A stretch of 64,000 nt of DNA, taken from assembly GCA_038063455.1 (NCBI GenBank), contig JBBTVB010000002.1:1296-65295 (forward strand), written 5' to 3'. Positions within the stretch are counted from its first letter, which is position 1, and each line of letters begins with the position of its first letter. Positions 17,573 to 25,776 of this stretch are shown here, one piece after another. The position numbers and the translations under genes were made by a program. Origin of the DNA: Patescibacteria group bacterium (GTDB lineage: Bacteria > Patescibacteriota > Patescibacteriia > PEXW01). Under the pieces are notes generated by a model, which was not told where the DNA came from, did no database searches, and worked only from the letters and a program-made list of their open reading frames with translations.

Positions 17573-18388
17573 CTACCGCGCTACCAAATACACGGCCAGC
17601 GCGCCCGCGGCGGCTAACCGGTACCACGCAAACACCGCAAGCGTATGGCCCTGCAAGTATCGAAGTAAAAAGCGGATGACCACGTAGCCAACGGCTGCGG
17701 ACATGGCAATGCCAATGCCAACCTGCAGCAACTCTGCTGAACTCGGACTCCCCTGCACCAGTTCCGTAGCTTTAAAAAGTCCGGCGCCAGCCACCACAGG
17801 CAGCGAGACCAAGAAAGCAAAGCGGGCGGCAGTTTGCCTATCCAAGCCGCGCGCCAGCCCGGCCACAATGGTCGCGCCCGAGCGGGAGATGCCGGGAATA
17901 AGCGCAATGACCTGGGCCACACCAATAATCCATGCGGAGCTGAAGCTAACAGTCTTGCTAACCGAACGGTGCTTGGCCCAATGTTCAACCCAGAAAAAGA
18001 CGAAGGCCCCAAGGGCGAGTGTGCACACCACGACCCAGAGATTCCGCACATGGCCTTCTACCCAGGCATCCGCAAAAAAACCTACGGCTGCGGCAGGAAT
18101 CGCGCCGACAATCACCGTCCACGCATGACGCTGGTCCGTATCCCCTGCCAGGTTCCAACGTCGAAGTGACCGAAAAAAACCACGCAGCAGGCTCACCACG
18201 TCCTGCCAGAAATAGATGAACAACGCCAAAAGCGTGCCCAAGTGCAACGACGCGTCAAAACGCAAACTATTGGCGACATCAAACGTCAGCAACTCATGAA
18301 AAGCCAGTAAGTGGCCAGAGCTAGAAATCGGCAGGAATTCGGTGAGTCCCTGCACGACGCCAAGAATAAAAGCGTGTATACTATCCAT
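17573..18388 (-). CDS. uppP: undecaprenyl-diphosphatase
   Basis: GVVQGLTEFLPISSSGHL signature. Start moved to MDSIHAF at 18388; the track ORF has a 37-aa non-homologous N-terminal extension. Confidence 0.9.
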   Translation of the reverse strand: MDSIHAFILGVVQGLTEFLPISSSGHLLAFHELLTFDVANSLRFDASLHLGTLLALFIYFWQDVVSLLRGFFRSLRRWNLAGDTDQRHAWTVIVGAIPAAAVGFFADAWVEGHVRNLWVVVCTLALGAFVFFWVEHWAKHRSVSKTVSFSSAWIIGVAQVIALIPGISRSGATIVAGLARGLDRQTAARFAFLVSLPVVAGAGLFKATELVQGSPSSAELLQVGIGIAMSAAVGYVVIRFLLRYLQGHTLAVFAWYRLAAAGALAVYLVAR

Positions 18389-18395
18389 ATTAACT

Positions 18396-18824
18396 ATGAA
18401 TTCGAGCATCATTATTGTACCAATTCTCACCGCCGTTGGCACGCAAGTGCTCAAGCTGGCTATTGACCACATTAAGGGCAACTTGGACCTGAAGCACATG
18501 TGGGACAGCTATGGGGGCATGCCCAGCTCCCACGCGGCGTTTGTGGCATCATTAACGACGATGGTGGGCTTTAGCGAGGGCATATGGTCAGCTGCGTTCG
18601 CCATTAGCTTTGTCTTCAGCCTCATTACCATCCGCGATGCCTTTGGTTTCCGCTACGAAATCGGCGTGCACGGCAAAATTCTCAATCGTTTAGTAAGCGA
18701 GCTACCGGGCGAGGAAGCGAAAACCTATCCTAAACTCTCTGAAAAGTGGGGCCACACCCCGGCAGAGATTAGTGTGGGCACAATTATCGGTATCCTGGTA
18801 GGTGCCATCGTGAGTGGGATGTAA
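18396..18824 (+). CDS. divergent PAP2-family membrane protein (DUF212/YuiD-like)
   Basis: GGMPSSHAAF motif with about 4 TM helices. Start moved to MNSSIII at 18396, 8 nt from the divergent uppP start. Confidence 0.7.
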   Translation: MNSSIIIVPILTAVGTQVLKLAIDHIKGNLDLKHMWDSYGGMPSSHAAFVASLTTMVGFSEGIWSAAFAISFVFSLITIRDAFGFRYEIGVHGKILNRLVSELPGEEAKTYPKLSEKWGHTPAEISVGTIIGILVGAIVSGM

Positions 18825-18854
18825 TATTGTTTTACAGGCACTCTTACACTTAGC

Positions 18855-19092
18855 ACGTCTTCGGGGTCTGGGGGTTCGAAAAGCGGACCCTGCGTATACG
18901 AGTCTAGTCTTTCCTACTCAGGACACGCGTTTGAGAACCTCCAGCAGTCTTTTGGTGATACCTTTTCTGCTGACAGAAAAGGTATCTGATTCGTGAGTAA
19001 TCAAAATAAACCGCACAAATACCTCTTCGTCGTCACGAAAAAATGCGAGATCCCTCCCCCTCGACTACACTCGGGGTCGGGATGACAAAAGA
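18855..19092 (+). repeat. structured intergenic element, copy A (paralog of 41376-41616 on the opposite strand)
   Basis: Aligns by eye over about 240 nt with the reverse complement of 41376-41616. Shared blocks are ACGTCT..GGGGTCTGGGGG, CTCCAGCAGTCTTT, CCTTTTCTGCTG.CAGAAAAGG, CGTGA.T.A, TCACGAA and GGATGACA.AAG. Hairpin stems differ by compensatory changes. Confidence 0.7.
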
Positions 19093-19125
19093 GTATAGAA
19101 AACTACTCTACCTACTTCGATACTT

Positions 19126-20040
19126 TTATTTCTGGCACTTTGGGCAATAGTGCGTCCCCCGTCCGCCCAAGCTGATGCGGACAATTTTTTTGCCGCACCG
19201 AAAGCACGGTTGGCCTTTGCGGTCATAGACTTTGTGGTACCGGCCATACGTCCCAATCGAACCATCGGTCCGGATAAATTCGCCAACCGACGAGCCGTGC
19301 GTGCGGATGGCATGCTGCAGCACGCGTTGCAGGCTTTGAAAAAGCCGCGGCCAATCTGCTGGCTTGAGTGATTGTACCTTGCGGGTGGGTTTAATGCGGG
19401 CAGCAAAAAGGATTTCATCCGCATAAATATTCCCTACCCCAGCAAGCAACGTTTGGTCAGTTAGTGCTTGCTTAATTGGCATATTAGGCCGCCGCCGCAG
19501 CGCTACCTGCAGGCGTGTTGCGGTAAAGCCGCGCGCCAGCGGCTCTGGGCCATACCCGGCCAGGTCCGCAACCTTTGGCAGGTCGGCATCCTGCACGGCC
19601 CGCCAGGTACCGAACAACCGAGCATCGTTATAGTAGAGCAAAGTGCCATCGCTAAAACGTACGGTGATGTGCGTGTGCTTGCTCGGCATGGCCTCCAGCG
19701 GCGCGTGGGCCGAGTTGAGCAACCGAATGAGCAAACGCTTTTGACCTTTGTGCTGGATAACCATTTGCCCAGCCATTTTTAGGTGGACAAAGAGCCACCA
19801 GCCGCCAGAGAGCTGAAATTGAATAAGTTTGGCTCGACGCACAACCCGCACAATTTTTTTACCAATAATAGCGCGCTGAAAAGCCCGCACGTGCACCTGT
19901 GAGTGCTGACGCCTGGGGCTTAAGGTTTTAGGGCCAACCGAAACAAGCTTCGGTTTGTGTACGACAACGCTGGCAACCCGCTTACCAGTGAGTCCCTGTA
20001 GACCACGGACGACGGTTTCGACCTCGGGCAGCTCGGGCAT
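19126..20040 (-). CDS. mutM: formamidopyrimidine-DNA glycosylase (Fpg/Nei family)
   Basis: N-terminal MPELPEVE with catalytic Pro2. C-terminal zinc finger CFRCG...CPKC. Confidence 0.9.
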   Translation of the reverse strand: MPELPEVETVVRGLQGLTGKRVASVVVHKPKLVSVGPKTLSPRRQHSQVHVRAFQRAIIGKKIVRVVRRAKLIQFQLSGGWWLFVHLKMAGQMVIQHKGQKRLLIRLLNSAHAPLEAMPSKHTHITVRFSDGTLLYYNDARLFGTWRAVQDADLPKVADLAGYGPEPLARGFTATRLQVALRRRPNMPIKQALTDQTLLAGVGNIYADEILFAARIKPTRKVQSLKPADWPRLFQSLQRVLQHAIRTHGSSVGEFIRTDGSIGTYGRYHKVYDRKGQPCFRCGKKIVRISLGGRGTHYCPKCQK

Positions 20041-20043
20041 GCG

Positions 20044-20487
20044 CTAGCTCAAGAACTGCTTGAACACACTGCGGAAGACGTCTGAACGTGTGGCAATGCC
20101 CAGCAGCTTGCCGCTTTCCACCACTAAGATGCGGCTCACATTATGCGCTAGCATCATCGAGCCGGCTTGCATCACCGGCGTGTCGGGGGTGGCGGTAATG
20201 CTATCCGTAACCATAATCTCTGACACCGGCTTGGCGGCGACGGTTTTCGCATTGCCTTCCAGCTCCACTTCTTGCAGCCAAAGTTCGGGGTTGCTCGAAA
20301 ACTCGGTGACGCTGGGGTAGAGCGCTCGAAAAATATCTTTCTCCGAAACCACACCCACGAGCTTCCCGGCCAACAGCACGGGCGCACCTTTAATGCCGTG
20401 CTGGATAAACAGGTGGATTGCTGAAGCCACAGACTGGTCGGCCGTTAGGGTATGCACGCTATGGGTCATGACGTCGCGTAGGCGCAT
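20044..20487 (-). CDS. CBS-domain pair protein
   Basis: Two CBS-like repeats (V.T...D.....A..LF..HGI.G.PV... and ...ITATPDTPV..A..MML.H.V.R.LVVE.GKLLGI.T..D). Confidence 0.75.
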   Translation of the reverse strand: MRLRDVMTHSVHTLTADQSVASAIHLFIQHGIKGAPVLLAGKLVGVVSEKDIFRALYPSVTEFSSNPELWLQEVELEGNAKTVAAKPVSEIMVTDSITATPDTPVMQAGSMMLAHNVSRILVVESGKLLGIATRSDVFRSVFKQFLS

Positions 20488-20489
20488 AG

Positions 20490-21491
20490 TTAGTTTCCGG
20501 TAAAGGGTGTGAACGACCGGGCAAATTCCAGCAAGTCTTTGCCGTTAATGGCGCTGTGACTAATGGCGACAATGTACGTGCCGCCTTGCTGCCATTCCAG
20601 GATGGTGCGGCCGCGCTCTTCGCGGTAGCGCCCGTCAACGCCATTAATTTTTACGCGAGCGTACGTATCCAGGCTATCAATTAACGGCGAAATTGCCCCA
20701 GGCGCTTCGATTATTTCCAGGCCTTTCAAGAAGTCAATCACCGGCGGGGGCGGGTAGCCGTCGTCGCCGTAGTACATGTGGAACTCGCTATTGAGCACAA
20801 AAATCTTTGGCTCGTAAAATGCATATCGTGCGGGCACAAGGGCCGGCCGGTAGAGCACGAAGGGGAGAGCCTGCTGGGCCTGCTCAATTGTTACAAAACT
20901 CGTCTGCTCTTTTGAGCCGTTCTGAATGGAGACAAAAGTCGCTGCAGCCGTAGCCACCATGCCAATGCTTAACAGTGCAATGAGGAAGTGCTCGCGGTGC
21001 CGCCGGATGACGGAGACCAGCTCAAACGCACAGCCAAAAAACAATCCGACAAGGGTACCAATAATAATCCAAAAAATCCCAAAGTTAAGCCAGTTCACTT
21101 TGGTCAAAACATTAATAATCAGCACCGCAATGCTAATCCAAAACCCAAAACTCAACCACCAGGCAATCTTGGTATAGCCGTAGTAGCCGGTTGCACCAAC
21201 CAGCACCGCCACAATAAGCAACGTGGGGGCACCAAAATTAACCAGGTCTTTCAGGTTTTCTAAGTAGCTCGTCGTCTCCGTGCCAAAAGTTAACGAAATA
21301 ACCGGCACCAGCATAAATGCCAAAAGCGCCAGCAGGCCGTACACGACCATAACCACAAGCCAACTCTTTAGATAGGGCGAGACTGGCGTAGAAAGCTCTT
21401 CCGGCTCCCGCGTTGCCAAACCTTGGGCCAAATTCGCAATTGCACTGGATGGCGCGGCCTTTTTTGGTTCGAGGAGGGGGTGAGAGATCAT
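20490..21491 (-). CDS. hypothetical polytopic membrane protein, 333 aa
   Basis: Five to six hydrophobic helices followed by a soluble C-terminal domain. Translationally coupled to the downstream CBS gene through a 2-nt gap. Confidence 0.6.
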   Translation of the reverse strand: MISHPLLEPKKAAPSSAIANLAQGLATREPEELSTPVSPYLKSWLVVMVVYGLLALLAFMLVPVISLTFGTETTSYLENLKDLVNFGAPTLLIVAVLVGATGYYGYTKIAWWLSFGFWISIAVLIINVLTKVNWLNFGIFWIIIGTLVGLFFGCAFELVSVIRRHREHFLIALLSIGMVATAAATFVSIQNGSKEQTSFVTIEQAQQALPFVLYRPALVPARYAFYEPKIFVLNSEFHMYYGDDGYPPPPVIDFLKGLEIIEAPGAISPLIDSLDTYARVKINGVDGRYREERGRTILEWQQGGTYIVAISHSAINGKDLLEFARSFTPFTGN

Positions 21492-21536
21492 CCCCTACAG
21501 TATATCAAACTTTACCCTGCATGAGGCGCAGGCAGG

Positions 21537-22235
21537 CTAGGCGCCAAAATTGCGTTTGCGTTTAGCGTAGTCGGCAAGGGCCTTATCCAAGTCCTGGTCT
21601 GAAAGTTCCGGCCAACGCTTATTGGTAAAGTAGAGTTCAGCATACGCGGCTTCCCAAAGCAGAAAGCCAGACGTTCGCTGCTCACCGGAAGTGCGAATAA
21701 TCAGGTCGGGGTCTGGCAAGGAGCCGTCGTACAAATTTTGGGTAATGGTTGCCTCGGTAATCTGGGCAGGATCAACCCCTCCCGCCACCATACGCTTGAA
21801 GGCATCCACGAGCTCTGCGCGGCCACCGTAGTTGAGCGCTAAGTTAAGCACGGCCTTCGTATTTTGCTTGGTGACTTCCATTGCTTCACGCAATTGCTGT
21901 TGGAGCGCAATGGGTAGCTGCTCCAATCTACCTAAAACATTAAATTTAATATTCTGGGCATGAAGCTGGCCAAGCTCATCTTTAATAACCCGCTGGCACA
22001 GCCGCATTAAGTAGCCAATTTCTTGTTTGGGCCGGTTCCAATTTTCATTGGAAAACGCAAAAACCGTAACAACGTTAATGCCTTTACGCAGGCACCACTC
22101 GAGGACGCGCTTGAAAGTGTGGCGACCTTGCTGGTGGCCCCGCAGGGAGCTTAACCCCTGGCTTTTTGCCCAGCGGCGGTTGCCATCCATAATAAAGCCA
22201 ACGTGCTTGGGGACGGTGGGGATTTTCGTGGACAT
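21537..22235 (-). CDS. uppS: di-trans,poly-cis-undecaprenyl-diphosphate synthase
   Basis: GFIMDGNRRWA and FAFSNENW..P..E motifs, plus RTSGE.R.S.FLLWE.AY.E. Confidence 0.9.
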   Translation of the reverse strand: MSTKIPTVPKHVGFIMDGNRRWAKSQGLSSLRGHQQGRHTFKRVLEWCLRKGINVVTVFAFSNENWNRPKQEIGYLMRLCQRVIKDELGQLHAQNIKFNVLGRLEQLPIALQQQLREAMEVTKQNTKAVLNLALNYGGRAELVDAFKRMVAGGVDPAQITEATITQNLYDGSLPDPDLIIRTSGEQRTSGFLLWEAAYAELYFTNKRWPELSDQDLDKALADYAKRKRNFGA

Positions 22236-22299
22236 AGGTACAAGGCTACTCTACGGTTGACTATACGTCAATACCGAGTTAGTCTGCCCAACGAAGCAA

Positions 22300-22375
22300 C
22301 GGGGTGTAGCGCAGTTGGTAGCGCGCGTCGTTCGGGACGACGAGGTCCCGGGTTCAAGTCCCGGCACCCCGACCA
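22300..22375 (+). tRNA. tRNA-Pro (anticodon CGG), CCA encoded
   Basis: Acceptor CGGGGTG/CACCCCG. Anticodon stem CGTCG/CGACG with loop TTCGGGA. T-arm CCGGG-TTCAAGT-CCCGG. Confidence 0.9.
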
Positions 22376-22444
22376 CATACGATAACTTTTTTAAAGTAAT
22401 TGGATTTCCGGGTTTGCCGCCAACTTTTGCAATCAACAAAGTGT

Positions 22445-22491
22445 GGGCGGCATCCCGCCCCATGGCGGGACAAGTCCCACCACCCCGACCA
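22445..22491 (+). repeat. GC hairpins plus duplicated 3' fragment of tRNA-Pro
   Basis: GGGCGGCATCCCGCCCCATGGCGGGA forms overlapping hairpins. It is followed by CAAGTCCCACCACCCCGACCA, compared with the tRNA 3' end CAAGTCCCGGCACCCCGACCA. Confidence 0.6.
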
Positions 22492-22494
22492 AAA

Positions 22495-23700
22495 TTAGTG
22501 TAGGTCCTCTACGCGCTCACCATTTGATGGTGTTGTTGTGTTTTTACCTCGCACAATAAACTTCGCGGCCAGTAGCGTCGCAATCGGTACGGCCAGCACC
22601 AGTGCCGAGCTACCCACTAAAGTCCGAATTACCTCTTCAGCAACCATTTCGCTGTTCAGCGTGGTCCACAGTGGCACCTCGGTATTCATACTAAAAAGTA
22701 AAAGGAGTGGGAAGGCAGCACCGGCATAGGCCAAGACTAAGGTATTCACCAGCGAGGCAATGTGCTCACGGCCAACAACCAATCCGCGACGCACGAGCTC
22801 ACGTCTGGAAAGATCCGGATTCGCCTCGTGGATTTGCGCCACGGCAGCAGTTTGACCGGTGGTAATGTCATCCAGCACGCCCAGCGCACCAATAATAATC
22901 CCGCCCAGGAGCAGGCCTTTCAGGTTAAGATTTTCCAGCGCGCCAAATTGTAAGTAAAACGCTTCTTCGGTACCCACGCCCGAAAGTTTTGCCAGGGAAA
23001 CAAAGAGTAGCGCCAAACCCGCAGCCAAGCCGAGCGTGATGAGCGTACTACCCAGCGCAATGCTGGTGCGCCGGTTAAAGCCGTGCGCAACGTACAACGA
23101 GATGACGGCGATGATGACCGCGCCGACCAAGCTCATACCTAGGGGGCTACTGCCGTTAAGAATCCGGGGGATAATAAAACTGGCGAGCACGACAATGCTC
23201 ACGGCTATGCCGATAATTGACGTAAAGCCTCGCCAGCGCCCGAAGAAGACCACCAGGCCAAAGAATATTGCCACCACCCAAGCCAGCGAGGGCAATCGAT
23301 AGTGGTCGGCAATGTAGTAGGCCACTTCACCATCCACCCCGACATTTTTGAGCAGCACCACGCGCTCGCCGACTGTAACTTTCTGGTAGTCCCGGATAGT
23401 TATTTCCCCACCATGTGCAACGGTAATGCGCTTGCCCTTTTCCGGACCGCGAGTTATTTCCAGTTCAACTTCCTGGTACGGCTGCGGCACGCCGCCTAGC
23501 TCCGTCATCCCCTGGTCAGGAATAGCGACAACTTTCGCGACTACGTATTCATCGGGAACAACCAGGGTTTCGGCTGCAACCGGCTGGCCCAGGCTGTCTT
23601 CTACAAAGACCTCTTCGGTTTCTTGCGCGCGCGCCGCCCCAGCCCAAAGCAACGCTACACAGAACCCGGCGAGAAGTGCTGCCCCAAGGCGAATAGGCAT
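22495..23700 (-). CDS. YibE/F-like polytopic membrane protein
   Basis: Signal peptide, a ~120-aa extracytoplasmic domain, then about 8 TM helices. The family call comes from overall pattern memory only. Confidence 0.55.
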   Translation of the reverse strand: MPIRLGAALLAGFCVALLWAGAARAQETEEVFVEDSLGQPVAAETLVVPDEYVVAKVVAIPDQGMTELGGVPQPYQEVELEITRGPEKGKRITVAHGGEITIRDYQKVTVGERVVLLKNVGVDGEVAYYIADHYRLPSLAWVVAIFFGLVVFFGRWRGFTSIIGIAVSIVVLASFIIPRILNGSSPLGMSLVGAVIIAVISLYVAHGFNRRTSIALGSTLITLGLAAGLALLFVSLAKLSGVGTEEAFYLQFGALENLNLKGLLLGGIIIGALGVLDDITTGQTAAVAQIHEANPDLSRRELVRRGLVVGREHIASLVNTLVLAYAGAAFPLLLLFSMNTEVPLWTTLNSEMVAEEVIRTLVGSSALVLAVPIATLLAAKFIVRGKNTTTPSNGERVEDLH

Positions 23701-23714
23701 ACGCGGAGCGTAGC

Positions 23715-24464
23715 CTACTCCAACAACAGGAGCAAGGCCATGACGCCGATGCCGACGAGCAGGAAAAGAAATTGCAAAAAGGACCGTCCGGTATGCTCTT
23801 CGCGATGAATCTCCGGAATCAAGTCAGCCGCGGCAATGTAAATAAACCCGCCAATGGTCAGCGGTACCAAGTACTGCGCCACGGCTTCAACTTGCTCGCC
23901 AATGACCAGCGTCACAACCGCACCGACAATTGCGGCACAGGCCGTGAGGAAGTTGAAAAATAACGCCTTGCGTTTGGTGTAGCCGGCATGCAGCAATATG
24001 CCAAAATCACCGATCTCTTGCGGTATTTCGTGCAGGACAACCGCAACCGTCGTGGCTACACCCACCGCCGGGTCGATCAGAAAACTCGCGGCAATAATCA
24101 CGCCATCCAAAAAGTTGTGCACTGCGTCGCCGACCAGGTTAATCGTGCCGACCGGATGCTGGTGTTGCTCGGTTGATGGTAAGTGGCAGTGCCGCCAGAA
24201 CAACACCTTCTCCAAAAGGAAAAATGCAACAATACCGCCCAGTACCATGACCGACACGCGGGTCACATCGCTAGCTTCTTCCATTACTTCTGGCAGCAAG
24301 TGCAGGAAGGCGTCACCGAGCAACGCGCCGGCCGCAAAGCTGACAAGAAAGAGCAAACCTTTACGCAACCGATCGAAATGCAAAGATAGCGTCGTTATGC
24401 CAATAAGCGAGACGAGGCTAACAATGATGACGCTGACGAGAGTGGCAAACCATGGGGTAGTCAT
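23715..24464 (-). CDS. zupT: ZIP-family zinc transporter
   Basis: HNFLDGV and HEIPQEIGDFGILL signatures. 8 TM helices. Confidence 0.85.
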   Translation of the reverse strand: MTTPWFATLVSVIIVSLVSLIGITTLSLHFDRLRKGLLFLVSFAAGALLGDAFLHLLPEVMEEASDVTRVSVMVLGGIVAFFLLEKVLFWRHCHLPSTEQHQHPVGTINLVGDAVHNFLDGVIIAASFLIDPAVGVATTVAVVLHEIPQEIGDFGILLHAGYTKRKALFFNFLTACAAIVGAVVTLVIGEQVEAVAQYLVPLTIGGFIYIAAADLIPEIHREEHTGRSFLQFLFLLVGIGVMALLLLLE

Positions 24465-24473
24465 AGCGTGTGC

Positions 24474-24875
24474 TTAAGCTGAGAGTGGAGAAGTGCAATT
24501 GGGACAAATCCCGTAAAATTCCAAGGCGTGGCTTACACTATGAAACCCGGCCCGTCTGGCAATGCGCCGTTCTTCAGTCTGTAAATGGGCGCCGACTTCG
24601 ATATCCTCAATGCGCTGGCATGACCGGCAAATGATGTGATGGTGGTGTGCTTTCTTGCGCTCGTAGCGGGTGACGCCATCGGCAAAGCGACTTTGCTCAA
24701 CCTTGCCGGCCTCAACGAGTTTTTCCAATTGCCGGTAAAGCGTAGTTTTGTGGGCCATGACACCCGCTGCCCCAAGTTGTTGCCGCAGGGCGGTTTCGCT
24801 CACCGGGCCCGGCACTTGGTCAAGCAGCCGCAAAACTGATTGATTTATAGTGGTTTTTCTAAAGAAAATAGCCAT
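24474..24875 (-). CDS. Fur-family metalloregulator (Zur-like by context)
   Basis: wHTH N-terminal domain. HHHHIICRSC...CPNC metal-site pattern. First gene of an operon with the ZIP transporter. Confidence 0.85.
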   Translation of the reverse strand: MAIFFRKTTINQSVLRLLDQVPGPVSETALRQQLGAAGVMAHKTTLYRQLEKLVEAGKVEQSRFADGVTRYERKKAHHHHIICRSCQRIEDIEVGAHLQTEERRIARRAGFHSVSHALEFYGICPNCTSPLSA

Positions 24876-24882
24876 GCGTGCA

Positions 24883-24911
24883 TTCTAATGCAACTCGGTT
24901 GCATTTGTCAA
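24883..24911 (-). promoter_or_regulatory. promoter of the fur-family/ZIP operon with an embedded palindromic operator
   Basis: Minus strand TTGACA-17-TTAGAA. The perfect palindrome ATGCAAC-TCG-GTTGCAT (24888-24904) fills the spacer. The ATG lies 7 nt after the -10. Confidence 0.6.
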
Positions 24912-25007
24912 ATGGCCTGCAAATTTTGACAATCCCCTAGCCAGTGTGTATTCTGAAGCATCCGTAAATTGCACATTGATACTTCAACTCCACGGAAGGA
25001 GAAACCG

Positions 25008-25229
25008 ATGCAAAGTTTGCTACGAATAATTCGGCAACGGCTGCAAAGGCAAAAAACTGTGCCGAATAACCCTGACGAAGAAGCACCTGTCGTTGGAAAC
25101 TACAACCATCAGACTGAATTGCTGCCCCCAAATCACAATCCGCTCGAAATGTGGGAGGGCGTAGCAGAGCACGTGCGCAGGAAGGATATGTTACGCCAGA
25201 ATACTGAAACACCGGTCAATGCATGTTGA
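25008..25229 (+). CDS. small hypothetical protein, 73 aa
   Basis: Promoter TTGACA-17-TATTCT at 24926-24954. GGAAGGAGAA SD 4 nt before the ATG at 25008. Confidence 0.45.
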   Translation: MQSLLRIIRQRLQRQKTVPNNPDEEAPVVGNYNHQTELLPPNHNPLEMWEGVAEHVRRKDMLRQNTETPVNAC

Positions 25230-25443
25230 CCACAAACGTATAACCTTTTTAGAAACGAGGCATGATGCCGCCTAAGCCCCCACACCCAGCGGTCCGCCGG
25301 GGACGCCAAGAAGCACGGTTCGTTCGAACACGACATGAAGAGCCCCACGTTATTGCCAAGAGGCAACCACACGCGCATGTTCCCAATCACAGTCCCCGCT
25401 CGCAGCTGGTGAAAAGGTAAGTACAAAACTCATCAAAAACATT

Positions 25444-25474
25444 GTCTCGCTACTTCGGTAGCGGGACTTTTTTT
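25444..25474. terminator. bidirectional rho-independent terminator
   Basis: GTCTCGCTAC-TTCG-GTAGCGGGAC stem followed by T7. A-rich on the other strand. Confidence 0.8.
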
Positions 25475-25775
25475 AATCTATGCCGAGTTGGGCCTTGGCA
25501 TCCTCGCTCATCTTACTTTTATCCCAGGGCGGGTCAAAAGTTATTTCGATGCGCGCATCATGCACGCCAAGCAGGCCACGGATTTTGCTGCCCGTGGTGT
25601 CGACAAAGTAGTCGAGCAGCGGGCAGCCCGGGGTGGTAAGCGTCATCAGTACGTGCACGTCGCTTTTTTCGTTTATGCTCACGTTGTAAATCAAACCTAA
25701 ATCAACAACGTTCACCCCCAGTTCTGGGTCATCACAGGTTTTCAGCACATCCATAACCTGGGCTTCGGTAACCAT
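25473..25775 (-). CDS. DUF59/MIP18-family Fe-S assembly protein (SufT-like)
   Basis: DPELGVNVVDLGLIY...TLTTPGCPL signature. Confidence 0.8.
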   Translation of the reverse strand: MVTEAQVMDVLKTCDDPELGVNVVDLGLIYNVSINEKSDVHVLMTLTTPGCPLLDYFVDTTGSKIRGLLGVHDARIEITFDPPWDKSKMSEDAKAQLGID

Positions 25776-25776
25776 A

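Noticed and set aside
17573-18499. N-terminal extensions in the track ORFs for uppP, the PAP2-like gene, pyk (35441), mutY (27495), hrcA (60038), DedA (61844), the methyltransferase (38153), the Big_2 protein (16042), DUF3467 (51009) and NUDIX (46679).
   Set aside because: The extensions precede the conserved family N-termini and overlap neighbouring genes, promoters or operators (for example CIRCE). Internal starts give standard lengths and often have an SD.
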